NCBI GenBank assembly: GCA_010093995.1
Contig: ML992501.1
Span: 200,560 to 263,407, forward strand
Source: Elsinoe ampelina
Lineage: Eukaryota
Reading direction: 5' to 3'
DNA: 62,848 bases
This document shows positions 19,947-32,314 of this stretch, in pieces. A program made the translations under genes and the position numbers. The notes under the pieces are model-generated. The model saw only the letters and a list, made by a program, of their open reading frames with translations, searched no databases and was not told the origin of the DNA. The stretch's first letter is position 1. Each line of letters starts with the position of its first letter.

Positions 19947-22328
19947 CTAAACCCCCTCCAAACCCTTCTTCACAAACTCCCCAATGCTCTTCTCCACCTC
20001 CGGCGGCAATTGCAAATCCAGCTTATCCCTCAACTCCTGCAACACCCCGACCGCCTCCCCGAACCTCTCCCTCCTCCCCTGCCTCCCCTCCGCCCACCTC
20101 ACAGCCCACTCCACAGCCCCACTGACAGGCTTACCCACACTCGCCGGCCTCTCGGCCGTCTCCTTGCTGAACCCCTTTGTCTTCTTCTCGTTATAATCCG
20201 GGTACCCCACTGACCAGAACCCGGAGCGGTCATCGTTGTCCACCCCCTCCTGGATCGCAGCCGCGTTGTACGGCCGCAGGTTCTGGTCCCGCCGCACGAG
20301 AGAGTGGATGTGGTGCGAAGGGTAGGCGTCGGCGGCGCGTTTCTCGGCGCGGAGGCGTGCGGCTTCGCCTCCCCGGGCGGCGAGCCAGCGTCGGATTCGG
20401 CTCGTCGGGGCGGCGTTGCATTGTGTTGTGTCGAGCGGCAGTCGGGGCTCGACCGATGGCGCGTTGGCGGTGCGGATCATGTCGGCGGCTTTTTCGGCGA
20501 CGCCGTAGACGACGGCTTGCAGATGCGCCGACGGGATGGTGGGGAAGATACTGGCGTCTACTACGCGCAGGTTTGTGGTGCCGTAGACGAGAAGTTGGGG
20601 GGAGACGACGCCGCCGTCGTCTTGAGAGAGCATGGCGGCGGTGCCGGCTGGGTGGTATTCGGTTGTGAGGGCCCGGTTGAGGAAGTCGCGGATTTGGGCG
20701 TCTGAGGGGTTGGCGGGGGGGTCGTTTTGGACGGGTTGGAGGAGTTGGATCTGAGGCGATTGGAAGACGCGGTTGTTGAATTGAACCGCATCAGTCATCA
20801 CTGCGAGGTCGATGGGGTTGGAGCCGTAGCGGAAGTCGAGGCGGGGGTAGGTGAAGGGATCGGTAGAGGCGGCGTGGACGAAGCCACGCGTGAGAGGGCG
20901 TTGGTTGGAGATTTGGCTGTTGCCGGCGTTGTCTTGGAGGAACTCGATAATGGCCCGGTCGTTGGCGTTGAGGGCTGGGATGAGGAGCTGTTTCTGGCGG
21001 TCATAGCCGCGGATGACAGAGGCATCGAGATCGGCGGCGAGGTATTGACCAGATGATTGAGACTCAGCGTCGGTGCGGATACTGTCTGCTCGTCCTGAGA
21101 TCTGTGGGAGTGATGGAAAGCCGTTGATGTTGGGGGGTCCGAAGGTCCATGGCCCAGTGCGGTTATTGTAGTACTGATCACGGGCGAGAGCCATGATTGT
21201 GGCGTTGTTGAGGATATTAGGGTATACATAAGACTGGTTGTTGAACGCACCAGACATGTGCATCAGCATATGGTCTTGCAGGTTGTTGCCGACTCCTGGA
21301 AGGTTGATGCGGGTGGCAATTCCAGCGGATTGGAGGATTGGTTGGTGACCAATTCCGGACAGCTCGAGGAGTTGAGGTGTTCGAAGTGCTCCCGCAGCGA
21401 GGATGACCTCACGACGAGCATTGGCTGTCCAAGTACGTTCACCGGGCCCGGCAGAAGACAACACGCCAACTGCTCGTGCACCACCGTCACCTGGTTGTGC
21501 GCAGCCGCCCTCGAAGAGTACCCTGTGAACATGCTGACCGGTAGAGACATAGAGGTTGTCCCTACCAGCGACCGTGTCATACCTCGCTCGGCGAGCGTCG
21601 TTACGGCTCTGATTCCATGGACTGATCCCTTCCTGCAACCACATCATGCCCTTCTGTGTCGGAGCAATTGGATCGGGCACTGTCGGGATACCGAGACCAT
21701 CGAAAGCAGCTCTGAAATTTTGACTCGCCTGGTAGTAGAAATTGGGATATGAGTTGTTCTGTGGACCGTCGAATCCATGCTGATCGCTGTCCTCGCCAAT
21801 GCCATATATTGCAGCTTGATCCGTTTCGCTCTCTGGCGTAAAGGTCTCACTGCGCTTGAAGAATGGCAGCATCGAGTTGTAGTCCCATCCCTCATTGCCC
21901 AAAGCCGCCCACTCATCGTAATCGCCTCTATCGCCACGATTGACCAGGAAAGCATTGATGAGAGTGCCGCCACCGAGTCCTCGTCCTTGTGGAATAATCC
22001 TAGTCGCACCATCGAGTGATGTCTGTGGTACCGTGTTGTCACACCAATTGTAGCCACCACAACTGCCTCCAGGTCCGAGTCTGCCGGCCGCACCTTGCAG
22101 GTAAGGAATCATGATTACATCCTCGTAATTGTCCGCCTGTCCGGCCTCCAGTACCAGCACACTAATATTAGGATCTTCGGTCAACCGTTGCGCCACTGTG
22201 AGACCGGCAGGTCCACCACCGACGATAACATAGTCGAAAAGATCATTAGGAGGCAGCGGCACATTCAGCCCACCACCAATCGCCCTCGACGCAAGGAGGC
22301 CGATAGCAAGAGCAGAGACCCGAAACAT
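19947..22328 (-). CDS. Secreted GMC oxidoreductase (CAZy AA3, probably AA3_2) with C-terminal extension
   Basis: Signal peptide [14 protein letters not shown] (ATG 22328). FAD motif [54 protein letters not shown]. Catalytic His pair EYHPAGT / PSAHLQ, and [10 protein letters not shown]. Confidence 0.93.
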   Translation of the reverse strand: MFRVSALAIGLLASRAIGGGLNVPLPPNDLFDYVIVGGGPAGLTVAQRLTEDPNISVLVLEAGQADNYEDVIMIPYLQGAAGRLGPGGSCGGYNWCDNTVPQTSLDGATRIIPQGRGLGGGTLINAFLVNRGDRGDYDEWAALGNEGWDYNSMLPFFKRSETFTPESETDQAAIYGIGEDSDQHGFDGPQNNSYPNFYYQASQNFRAAFDGLGIPTVPDPIAPTQKGMMWLQEGISPWNQSRNDARRARYDTVAGRDNLYVSTGQHVHRVLFEGGCAQPGDGGARAVGVLSSAGPGERTWTANARREVILAAGALRTPQLLELSGIGHQPILQSAGIATRINLPGVGNNLQDHMLMHMSGAFNNQSYVYPNILNNATIMALARDQYYNNRTGPWTFGPPNINGFPSLPQISGRADSIRTDAESQSSGQYLAADLDASVIRGYDRQKQLLIPALNANDRAIIEFLQDNAGNSQISNQRPLTRGFVHAASTDPFTYPRLDFRYGSNPIDLAVMTDAVQFNNRVFQSPQIQLLQPVQNDPPANPSDAQIRDFLNRALTTEYHPAGTAAMLSQDDGGVVSPQLLVYGTTNLRVVDASIFPTIPSAHLQAVVYGVAEKAADMIRTANAPSVEPRLPLDTTQCNAAPTSRIRRWLAARGGEAARLRAEKRAADAYPSHHIHSLVRRDQNLRPYNAAAIQEGVDNDDRSGFWSVGYPDYNEKKTKGFSKETAERPASVGKPVSGAVEWAVRWAEGRQGRRERFGEAVGVLQELRDKLDLQLPPEVEKSIGEFVKKGLEGV

Positions 22329-23804
22329 CTCTGCCTTTGAGAATAAACGAAGCGAGCGACAGGGCAAGGAGATGGCGAGTGTACAAGAACCAAACCCCTG
22401 CACTCAGGCAGAAACACGCACCTATATCTGCACGAGGAATCACTAGATTTGGCAGGCAGGGCCATGTTGGTCATCCCAAAATACGACTAGGCTCTCCACT
22501 CCGACGTCAATCAAAGAGCGGTAGGCGCTGGGTCAGGCACTTGTTGATGATCGCAGGTACGAGGTTCGGCTGGACACACGACCCATGGTTACTGGAGAGA
22601 GAGGAACACAACTAGGCCAGGATGAGGTGCGTCAAATTGATCAAGCTTTTTTTTTTCCACAGGGGGATGGCTGCTGTGCTGTTTGGATAGTGTCATGCAG
22701 GATGGAGGTCGTGGCGGTGTCAGGGTGGACGATAGCCTCGTGAACCCCTCGAAATGGAGCGGGATAGCCGGCACAGAGGAGTCAGACTTGCTGATTGAGA
22801 GCGGAGAAGGAGGAGCGGGAGAGGTAGTGCAGCAATGCATGGTGATCAGTTGCTGGTTGAGGTTGGTCTGTTGTGGTAGTTTTCCTGCTTCTGTTGCATC
22901 CTAAACCTTGAATCTTTGCCATACAGTACTTGATGTGGAAACGCGATCGAGATAGGATACGAATCAGCCGACATCCGAGGGCGCACAAGATGCTATGGTA
23001 CATGTAAGCAATCATTGACCGTCCGAGGTTTCGAGTGTCGAGATTGAGGAGAAGAGATGCATGTTGAGTCTCCACTTTCAGAAAATCGCAATTTTCCAAC
23101 CATGTCTGCGGCGCTCATGGCCATCCTTGTCGCCGATCTCATGTTTATCCTTGCCAAATACGAGACTCCGAGAGAGAAGCCTTCTTGTCGCAAATACTAG
23201 CGTCAGGGCTATTTACTCCTTTGAGGGAGGACACGGTGATCATTGCCCTGACATTCACCCATGCTATCTGAAGGGCTCGACGAAGATTCCACCAGCATGC
23301 TCTCATCAAGGACCTTGATCATCTGACTATACAACGTGTCCAGTTGTGTCTTCGGTGCATATACCTGAGTCAAGCATATATCATACATCTGACACCAACA
23401 GCAACAGCAGCCCCTGGTAGGTCAGTCTTCCATCACTCCTCAAAACAGCCCTCAGATTGCAGAGCAAGCCAGCGGCCAAGACCCCATCTCCACCGGGCGA
23501 TCGAATCAAGGCACCATCAAAGACTTCACCACGAGGAACAACCACGCAATCACGATTGCACAGGCACAAATATTGAAGTGAACGAGTGTCGCCCGCAGGC
23601 CACCCCATAGACATTAACCATGAAATACGTTATAAAGATTTTTTATTCTCGAAAAAAGCAGCAGCAGCAGCAGCAACAACCAAGAACCATGTTTGAACCC
23701 ATTAACCATCCGCGTAAGAAGCATCATGCACACCCTGTACAGCCGTGTACCATTATTACCACTCCCTCATCCCCTCATCCTCCTACCTCAAGCTCCTCAA
23801 CAGC

Positions 23805-24416
23805 TTAAAGGAAGAAAGCAAGCGCACCGGCACCGGCGGCCGCCAACGACAGGCCAGCAGCGACCATCTTGTTGGACTCGCCCTTGAAGACGGCAGGGGT
23901 GTACGAAGGGGTGCTGTTGCTGGAGGGCACATAGTTGGTGGCCGGGGTGGTGACGGCAGGAGTCGCGGAGCTGACGGCCCTGGTGACGGTGCAAGGGCAG
24001 TTGGTGACGGTGAGGACAGTGGGGCCGGTGGCGACGTAGCTCTGGCCGTTGTAGACGAGAGTGGTGGGGCCGGGGCAGAAGGTGGTGAAGCTCTGGACGA
24101 CCTCGGTGATGGAGACGGTGCGGTTGGCGTCGTTGGGGTTGAAGCCGAGGCAGCCGGCGTAGTCGGCGAAGCACTGGGCTTGGTTGGCGGAGCCCTGGGG
24201 TCCCGGCACGCGGCAGGCGTCGTACTTTGTGGTGCACGAGGCCTGGCAGGAGGAGCGCTGGGCCTCGCAGGTCGCGGCCGAGGTGCCGGACGAGGTGCAG
24301 ATTTGGTAGTTGGATGTGCACGAGGCGACGTTGGGGGAGACGACACCGCCGGATGGCTGGGCGTTCTGGGCGGCGACGAGGCCGGCAAGGGCAAGGATGG
24401 CGGCGAAGGACTGCAT
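23805..24416 (-). CDS. GPI-anchored cell wall protein (SED1/CCG-6-like motif) with N-terminal Cys-rich domain
   Basis: Signal peptide [30 protein letters not shown]...[11 protein letters not shown] motif. Ser/Thr-rich stalk and hydrophobic GPI-type tail [18 protein letters not shown]. Confidence 0.85.
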   Translation of the reverse strand: MQSFAAILALAGLVAAQNAQPSGGVVSPNVASCTSNYQICTSSGTSAATCEAQRSSCQASCTTKYDACRVPGPQGSANQAQCFADYAGCLGFNPNDANRTVSITEVVQSFTTFCPGPTTLVYNGQSYVATGPTVLTVTNCPCTVTRAVSSATPAVTTPATNYVPSSNSTPSYTPAVFKGESNKMVAAGLSLAAAGAGALAFFL

Positions 24417-25888
24417 TTTTGAGTTTTTGTTGGTGGTGGTGGTGGTGATGGGGGGGATTATTAAGATTATTGTAGAGAGTCTTAAAGAGTGACTGTAGTG
24501 AATTGAAAAGAAGATGCTGTTGAATGCAGATGAAATTGAATGCTGATGATGGATTGGAGTGAGTGTGGATGACAGCTGGCGATATATAGGCAAGAAAGGC
24601 AAGTGTTGGACAGGGAAAGAAATTGTAAGGTCACCGTCTGTTGTCGTCAAAACATAGCTACCTCAACGTCGCTCATTTGCCCCGGTCCAGGCAGAGTATG
24701 TGCTGCGCTTGTAACGGTCGGACCGGTTGGTGTACGGACCATGTTGAAAGATGAGGGTAGTCATGTAGAGATCGAGAATGATCGAATGGAGGTGATGAAG
24801 GGATGTAGATGATGTCTGAAGGTGATGAGCCACTAGTCGTCGAGTGCTGTTTTGATGGATGCAGACTCCCATACCATAGCCTTTCCAAAAGACAAACACC
24901 AACCCACGCGCATACTGCACGAATACCTCATCTCAACACGGCCACAGCAAAAACCGTTTCGCTCCCATCTCGCGCCGTCGATCAGCAATGAAAGCTTAGC
25001 AAGGCAAAATGACCCAACTCTTCCGTCCGGTTGTATCCATCAATCTCAACCCGGGCAGTTGCCAGAGTCGTATCTAATCAATATTCGATAGAGCAGTTTA
25101 TCCTCATAATCACTCTGGTCGTATTCCGCTCGCTTCTCATATCCGAGGACAGCGGCCGAACAATCGACCCAGAACCCGTTCTGCCCTGACGTCTATCCCC
25201 CTCCCTACTGTCCGCCTGTTAGCTCCTGGCGGGCGATGTGGAGACTGTGCGGTTCTGCTGGTCGCTTCGGGGACGAAGAAGTCGGTGACAGAGGGGAAAC
25301 ACATGACCGCGGGCCTGGGGATTCAGCCGCATTTGCGCCGCCCCTGCACATCGCCCGCTGCTGGATCCACCCGAGCTCCACCCAAGAGACCGACTGGACC
25401 GTTTTAGACTTTCCCTCTCCTCCTGACTACTCGAGGTACGGGCAAACTGCTCACGCGATCCATGCAGCATCGAACATGAGACGGGTACAGGGTGATGGCA
25501 TTGCACGTCCAGACTCACACTTGCCAGATTGCTAGCTATTCATTCATTACCATTTGTATCGTTTTGCTACGTAAATATTCACTATCCTCCCCATATCCCA
25601 TCCCACCACACGGAAATGATCACCTCCAAGGAGATGAACTCCCCCTGGTTGCCATGATCGATACGCGATTACCGTCCGACCTGGTTTGAATCGTCGAAGA
25701 TCATCTCCCGCCTCTGCTGCTGCAACTGTCAAACATTGAAGCTTGTTTGGACAACCATCCTCGAAAATGATGTCACGGTGGGCAAGATTCAGTAGTTGCT
25801 CCCCGACAATGCTACACCAGCCTCTTTGTTTCACTTGGCATCTGCCACTCCGCTTCGGTCGACGACTGTCCGGGCTGTATCGACCATC

Positions 25889-27679
25889 TCACACACTGCT
25901 GGTAATGACCTGCTTCGCCTCGACGACCTTGCTCTTCCTCTTCTCGGCCCAAGCCTTGCTCGCTTCTCGTCCTCTCCTCGCTGCTTCTTCTCTCGCCTTC
26001 CTCGCACTCTCCTCCTTCTCCTTCCTCTTTCTCTCAACTTCTGCCTGCTCCACCGCAGCTCTTCGGAACACTTCCTTTCCCTTGGTCGTCCCGGCTCCGG
26101 TGGGCGCAGCCACGGACTGTCTTCTACTCGGATCCATCACGGCAGATGGACGAGAGACAATCATACTCTGCGGCCTTGCTCTCGCCGCAGCAGGCGTAGG
26201 TCGAGGTCCCGATACGAGTGAGGATTTAGGTGGTGGCATGACGGAGGCGCGGCGCTCGGATGTAGCGAGGCTAGCACGAGGCTTGGTCGGTTCCCGGACG
26301 CTGGTGGTTCGCTTCAGTCCGCTGATGCTACCGCCATTCATGAGAGACTCGCGAGCTTGACTGGCTTTTGTCTGTCGAACCGTTGTGCTTGGTGCTGACA
26401 TGTTTGGCGCCGGTCGAGCTTTGAAAGCTGGCTTCTTTGCTTCGACTGGCGGCTGTGTTGCAGCCACAGGCTTCTTGGTGATGGACGGTCTCGTGCTGGT
26501 CAAGCTTGGGGTTCTTGATGTCGTGGTGGTCGCAGAAGGTGCAGCCGTTGATGACCCTGCGCGGGCTAAGCGGGCTTCCTTCGCTGCTTTCAACTTCGCT
26601 GCTACTGCTTCACCAGGTAGGGCAAAAGTAGATTTCGTAGCGGGCTTCGACGACTTTGGTGGCGGTGGTGGTGTAGGAAAGGACATTGAGATTGGTCGAG
26701 GCTTCGAGTGCGGGATTTCTAACTCACCAGAAGCGATGCGAGGTCTCGAGGTGTTGGCACTCGATTTGCGAGTGGCATTAGCGCCTGCGACGCTCGCTTT
26801 CGTCCTCGATGCCGTTGGCATTGCTGATCCCGTCTCGGTCTTGTTTGTGATGGGCGACTTCATCGCATCTGATCTGATTTTATTGGTGCTGTTCGAGGCA
26901 GCCATCTCCGTTGTAGGTACCGAAGCGGCGATCACAGCCGTCGACTCGTCCTGCGCTGCCTCCAAGATAGGTGTGCTCTGGTCGTGACTGTCTGTGTTCT
27001 GTGCCTCGGCCTCCAAAATCTGGTCGGCCTTTGCTGCTGCTTCCCCCCCAGCCTCATTCGCCTGCTCGACTTCTGGGCTCCCAATTGGCACATTATCCGC
27101 TACATCACGCCTCACAGCATTCGTCGCTGGTGAAGCAACCACAGCAGCAGGCGATCCAGGTTGTACATTTTCCTTGTTACTGCTCGATCGCATTCCCATC
27201 TTCTCCTTGGCCAGCAACTGCTTCGCCTGACTCTTCGGCTTCAGTATCGACGTGCTGAAATCCATCTCCGGGCTACCGGGCCTGGCATGCTCGGCGTTCT
27301 CGTCGACAGATACAAGCATAGGTGTCTTGCCTCCTGACGGGACGCGGTTGGTCGTGCTTGATCCAAAGTCGCTTAGGTTACTTAGGTCCGGACTTCCCAT
27401 GCTGAGGCCTTGGAGATCAGTCGCAACTTCATCGACGTGCATCTCCTCCGAGGCCAGCTCAAAGTTCTTCTTGCCGCGCTTGCTGCCCTTTTTGCTCTTG
27501 GTCGAGCGTGTGCTTTGTCTGAAGTCGTCCACTGGTCCTTCCGGTGTGGCAATCTCTTTCTCTTCGCCTTTGATCGAGAGTGTGCTGTTCTGCTCATGCA
27601 GCGAAGTATCCAATCCACCTTCTTGACTTTGGGTCTCCTGCATTGCTGCCGCTTGGGCTCGAGTCATGCGGGTCGTCAT
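25889..27679 (-). CDS. Disordered basic protein with TPX2-like FKARP motif and C-terminal coiled coil (putative microtubule-associated)
   Basis: Likely start ATG 27679 (MTTRMTRAQ). KEN box (NKENV), FALPGEAVAAKLK, KKPAFKARPAP and terminal helix KEVFRR...ARKAREEAARRGREASKAWAEK. The function is inferred. Confidence 0.6.
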   Translation of the reverse strand: MTTRMTRAQAAAMQETQSQEGGLDTSLHEQNSTLSIKGEEKEIATPEGPVDDFRQSTRSTKSKKGSKRGKKNFELASEEMHVDEVATDLQGLSMGSPDLSNLSDFGSSTTNRVPSGGKTPMLVSVDENAEHARPGSPEMDFSTSILKPKSQAKQLLAKEKMGMRSSSNKENVQPGSPAAVVASPATNAVRRDVADNVPIGSPEVEQANEAGGEAAAKADQILEAEAQNTDSHDQSTPILEAAQDESTAVIAASVPTTEMAASNSTNKIRSDAMKSPITNKTETGSAMPTASRTKASVAGANATRKSSANTSRPRIASGELEIPHSKPRPISMSFPTPPPPPKSSKPATKSTFALPGEAVAAKLKAAKEARLARAGSSTAAPSATTTTSRTPSLTSTRPSITKKPVAATQPPVEAKKPAFKARPAPNMSAPSTTVRQTKASQARESLMNGGSISGLKRTTSVREPTKPRASLATSERRASVMPPPKSSLVSGPRPTPAAARARPQSMIVSRPSAVMDPSRRQSVAAPTGAGTTKGKEVFRRAAVEQAEVERKRKEKEESARKAREEAARRGREASKAWAEKRKSKVVEAKQVITSSV

Positions 27680-28213
27680 TTTAGTTGTGGCGTCGAATCT
27701 GCAATCGTATGCGATGTCTTGTTGATGCGCAAAGCGCTCAGTATGGTGTTTACAGCGAAGGTGGTGTTCGGTGGTGTCTGTGTCCAACTTCCAGGTTATC
27801 GAGGAGACTTGCCAGCGCAATGTTTACATGTTCCCCGATACACTCTAGCGTCATGCAGGTGGGGCTCGGAAGCAGGGTCTGGGGATTTCAGGCTCGTGGC
27901 AAAATCATTCGCGACGGCGACACAAGCACCAATAATACTCAGTATTGTTTGACAAGTGCCATACGACACGAAAAAGTGTATTAGAAAATATCGTTCACAG
28001 ATTGAAGTGGCTTTGCCTCGAGTGTCTGGCGATATGCGCATTTTCTATCTTCAGATAATTTCCTCGCGTACTCGAAGAAGATTCACAATGGTGTGCAGGC
28101 AAGTCCCAACCCGACCGCGAACGAGCAAAATCCGGGTAGTCGGAGGAGCTAGTCACAAGTGAATGACACAAAGCATCAACGAAAGTCATCATTACAGTCA
28201 TTACCGTGCCCAT

Positions 28214-30302
28214 CTATACAACCATGCTCCTCCTCCGACTCGCCAGCCTTTCCGACCTGCCTGCTAATCCCAGAGGCTGGCTTGTAGAGCGACTAATCCC
28301 TGGCCTAGCCTGTACTCCGGCATCACCAACGGGACTGACCTCCAAGCTACCAACGCGTGGCGAGCTCGAACCTGACAGGTCCACTTCGCCCAGACTCGAG
28401 ACGCTACTATGCCGTCTGGTCCTTCTTACTTCCAAGCTGGACGTCCGTCTGTGAGTGTCTGATACGCCACTGAAACCGTTCAATGGTGCATCTCTAGACC
28501 CGTCTGCCAGATCTCGCCCGCTGCTTAACCTGATCTCCGCCACGCTTCGTGGTCTTTCCCCACGCCCTAGCCTACATGCCAATGCCCTTGTGCTGGCTGG
28601 TGGGCTGGCGATTCGTGACTCCTTTGCTTCGCGACCCTCCTCCCTCGAAAGTAAAGAAGGACTCCGCGCCTCGACTCCGACTGAAGACATGTTTCTCCAA
28701 TCTTCGTCCTCGTCCTCCTTCTTGATCAGTGGGGCACTTGACGACCCCTTCGACGCCGATATGCTGTTTCGAGAAGTTGTTACCGCATCCACAAGATCCT
28801 TGGTAGGTCGTCGCATTTTGGTGTTCAGGCTAGGCTCAGCGTATGACACAGCAGCCCGCGCACGTCTGGATGGTCGGGTAGTACCCTCCATTCCCTCAGA
28901 GTTTGCCGTGGTCAGAATAGAAGGTGGTCTGGACGACGAGGGCGCCGACGTGGGCGAGAAGAGATCTAAAGATGGCGTCTTTGGCGGTAAGTCCTCCGCA
29001 GTCGGCTCAGGAAAGTCGATAGCGGCGGTCGTAGCCTCAACAGGATCTGGGAGGACCTGGACAGGGACTGGAAGAGTGGATGTCGCCTTTGGTCGCCGCG
29101 CACGAGGCTTCGGCACATCGACCCCCTGCGCAACAGCGTCTTTGGCGAGGCTGTTTGAAGATTTCTTGGTTGTCAAGATCTTGCGGGGAGATTGATTCGT
29201 TGATTCTGCAACTAATTAGCATGATTGCACCGGCAGCAAAGGACGTATACGCACTATCCCCAAGAACTCTCCGCTCTCGTGGAGCTTCTTCATTGATCCA
29301 TTCCGTCATGTCTAGCTTGGTCGGGCTTGATGTCATGACCTCGGTCGAAGCGCTTCGCCGTAATTCTGCGGAAGATGAGGTTCGCCTCGTAAAATTGAAA
29401 GGTTCCGAGGATTGAGGTATTGACGGGCCTTCCGTGTCACAAACGCTGAGCTTTCTCTTCGTGCTTGTCCGGATCGGAGCTGCCTTCGTGTCCGATATTT
29501 GAGTCGATGGCTCTTCAACATGCGCCGCTGAAGTCCTTGGTTGGCTATCTTTTCTTCTCCGCCGTGTCTCGAGGTTGATAGCCATGTCTGCTGGTATTTC
29601 CTCAACCTCAACTTCTCCCCCACTCTCTCGCCTTACTGGCTCTGGTCGATCGAATTTTATTGGATCCACATCGTCGAAGTGCGCAACAGGTGGAGGCCCA
29701 AGGTCTGGGGACTCATTGCTTTGGTCTGATAGTCGAAGAGCTCTAATCTCCTCGGCGTCCAAGGTCCTCCGCGGATATTGCTTTCCTTCAACGATTGCCG
29801 GCATTCTCAATTCTGGTCCAGCCAGTCGGAGATTGGGGATCGCTGGTTTCCATAATGAAGGATCTGACTGTCTCTTGGGCTGCTCTCGCTTCTTGTATTG
29901 ACCAAGCTCTGAAACCACTCCTAGTACCTCCTCCACTTTTTGCTGTAGATTCTGCCGTATGAGATCGATGTCGGATAGCTGGATGTCATCAGGCGAATCT
30001 GTGAGCTGATTTTGAAGTCGTATGATATCTTCGCGCAAAGCGAGATTCTCTGATTGTAGTCGCGATTGTTCAACCTCGAGCGCTCGAATGCGTAATGACT
30101 GGTGTGTATTGATTCTGAGCTACTTTTAGCATCCTCCCTGGGTCGTGATCAACATTATCATACCTGGCGAGGTCTCGATTTTGCCGTATGAATCTCCGTT
30201 TCACTGCCTCACTGTTAGCTCGTCCATGCGTCGCAAAAGTAAACAAAGCTTACAAGCATCCACACTCTCTGTAGGCAGAGGAGCTTCGTTGAGCCGCGCC
30301 AT
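28214..30302 (-). CDS. SGO1: Shugoshin, 4 exons
   Basis: Spliced N-terminus MARLNEAPLPTESVDALKRRFIRQNRDLARINTHQSLRIRALE (shugoshin coiled coil). C-terminal SGO motif RPSRRARAAVSYAEPSLNTKMRRP. GT-AG introns at 30204-30253, 30115-30163 and 29206-29254. Confidence 0.92.
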
Positions 30303-30577
30303 CCACGACAACGATATTCAATATTTCGCATAAAGATGACACAGCAGCGACAAGAAAATCTGCCAGCTGTATCCAAAAGTCGGGTCGTAGGAGTTTGGGT
30401 CGTGATTTCGGGGATGCGCGTGGGACGGAAACTCGCCGCAGATCCAAACAAAACCATCTGCCCGAGCAACAAATGCGGCCAGGGTTCTGCCAAGGCGGTC
30501 TGTGTGGTGGGGATGTCGGACGGGATGCTCGACGCGACATTCGCGTTGCTTCAATGTCAATTCGAGGTATACCAAAA
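30303..30577. promoter_or_regulatory. Compact bidirectional promoter between SGO1 and DAD2 with MCB-like ACGCG cores
   Basis: 275 bp between the divergent ATGs. CGCGT/ACGCG cores at 30417-30421, 30532-30536 and 30542-30546. Confidence 0.55.
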
Positions 30578-31052
30578 ATGTCGTATCGTAGTGTCGGACA
30601 GACTTCTGGTCTTCGACAGCCGTCGCTTGCTGGGTCTGGATCAACGCAGTCATCGGCACTGCAGCAGCGAATCATTGAAAAGAAGGCCGAGCTGGAGAAT
30701 CTGAAACAGCTGCGCGACCTCAGTGCTGGACTAGCTGGACAGATGGAGCAGTTGGAGCAGAAATTGAGCACGCTGTCGACCGGGACCGAAGGTAATGATT
30801 CTCTGATGTGCATGTGTTGTAGTACGAATACTGATCAGAAATTCAGCTGTGGCGGCTGTCCTTTCGAATTGGCACAACGTACTTCGAGCTATCAGCTTAG
30901 CATCTAACAAAATTCCTGTCCCGAAGGAGAGCGAGACCACTGAGACTGAGGAAGAACCTGCGCTACCGCAGACCCTCGTCCGCATTCCCATCCACCATAT
31001 CAAGCCCGCTGCGGACGCTTCCAACGCTAGCGAGGCCTCTGGAGTCAAGTGA
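30578..31052 (+). CDS. DAD2: DASH/Dam1 complex subunit Dad2, 2 exons
   Basis: LQQRIIEKKAELENLKQLRDLS...LSTGTEA|VAAVLSNWHNVLRAISLAS...LPQTLVRIP; intron 30792-30846. Confidence 0.92.
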
Positions 31053-31259
31053 GGCATTCGTCTGAGCCAAATGATCTATCTTCTCTTCGATGACCGACCA
31101 GTGCCACCGCAGCGTGAGTGCGGGAGGCTTTAATCGTCCTCATCAGCAGAGTCTTCTCACGACTTGAGAATATCTGTCCTGACGATTTGGTCCCGCCTAT
31201 GAAGCGAACTCCTCGGCCCAAGAATGGGTTATCTGGTATTCAAGGATGCTCGAGCGGCT

Positions 31260-31809
31260 TCATGTCTTGTCCTTCTTCCGTCGGGGTTCCCTCTCGTAGG
31301 CATTAGGACTGGTATCACGGAGCTTGCCTTTGCCTTTGCCTTTGCCCTTCATCTCCGGATTGAAACCATCTCCCGCATCGTGATCGTCACCGTTATGATC
31401 GTGGCTATGCAGTCGTCGGGCAGGTCGTTTGGCTGGTTGCGCTCGGCTCAAATCGGGTTCGCTATCTGAGCTGTCCGAATCGGAGGAGGACTCGTCGGAT
31501 GAAGAATCACCGGCATTCTTGGGTCCGTGGTAGATGCAGCAAACTACCCATGTTAGGAGAACAACAACCTGATGGTAGAGCTAAACAACCTTTGGAGCTC
31601 TTCTTGCCCATACCCTCATTATCTATAACGTCCTCTGCCCACTGAATGTGACGCGCCTGTCCCGCATCTGACTCTGCCCGCAATCGCAGTGTTGGGCCAG
31701 ATCCGTTGATTGGTACAGACGGTCCCGCTTGCGTACTCGTCGTTGTCAAGCTCCCTGAAGTGCCTGTTGGTGTTGCCGTGCGCGAGGGCCCAAACCGATC
31801 GGAAGTCAT
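31260..31809 (-). CDS. YPI1: Type 1 protein phosphatase regulator Ypi1 (inhibitor-3), 2 exons
   Basis: RVxF-type motif RHIQW followed by [21 protein letters not shown], an acidic Ser tract and SPNAYER; intron 31544-31589. Confidence 0.9.
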
Positions 31810-32314
31810 GTCTCATGCAACACTCGAATGACTTGCATGAGCGATCACAAGTTGAGACAATAGATGCTGTGTCCAGCAAACATCCATTCATCGCACCCTT
31901 CAGTGGTATGACGTTGGAGCTAAATTAGGTAAGCGCGAGATTGACACGCCAGAAAATGCTTGGCGCCTGCAGCCTGCACAGCTCGACGTGCTCTGTGAAT
32001 TAAGAGCTCAACTCCAACCTAAAGATTGCCTCTTACCACCATAAAATCCTCCACATCAGGTACATCTTGTCCGAAATCTTCTCTCTCCCACTCATCGCAA
32101 AGTCCTAAAATCTACGAGAGCTTCACAGCAGGTTCTGCGGCCACTGTCACACCGCCGTCGACCCCGCCACGCTTGCGATCGATAACACGCCCAACCTCAA
32201 GCTAAACCTCAGCGTTCGTCACCTTGGATGTCACGACAATAAGCTGGGCTCGGCTCGCTTCACGCGCGTTTGTATTACATTCACATTCACCGCCAAACCG
32301 GTCCCGATTTCACA

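Noticed and set aside
23657..23682. (CAG)n/(CAA) microsatellite read as poly-Q ORF 23620-23808
   Set aside because: Lies in the 3' flank of the GPI wall-protein gene; an ordinary microsatellite with no coding support.
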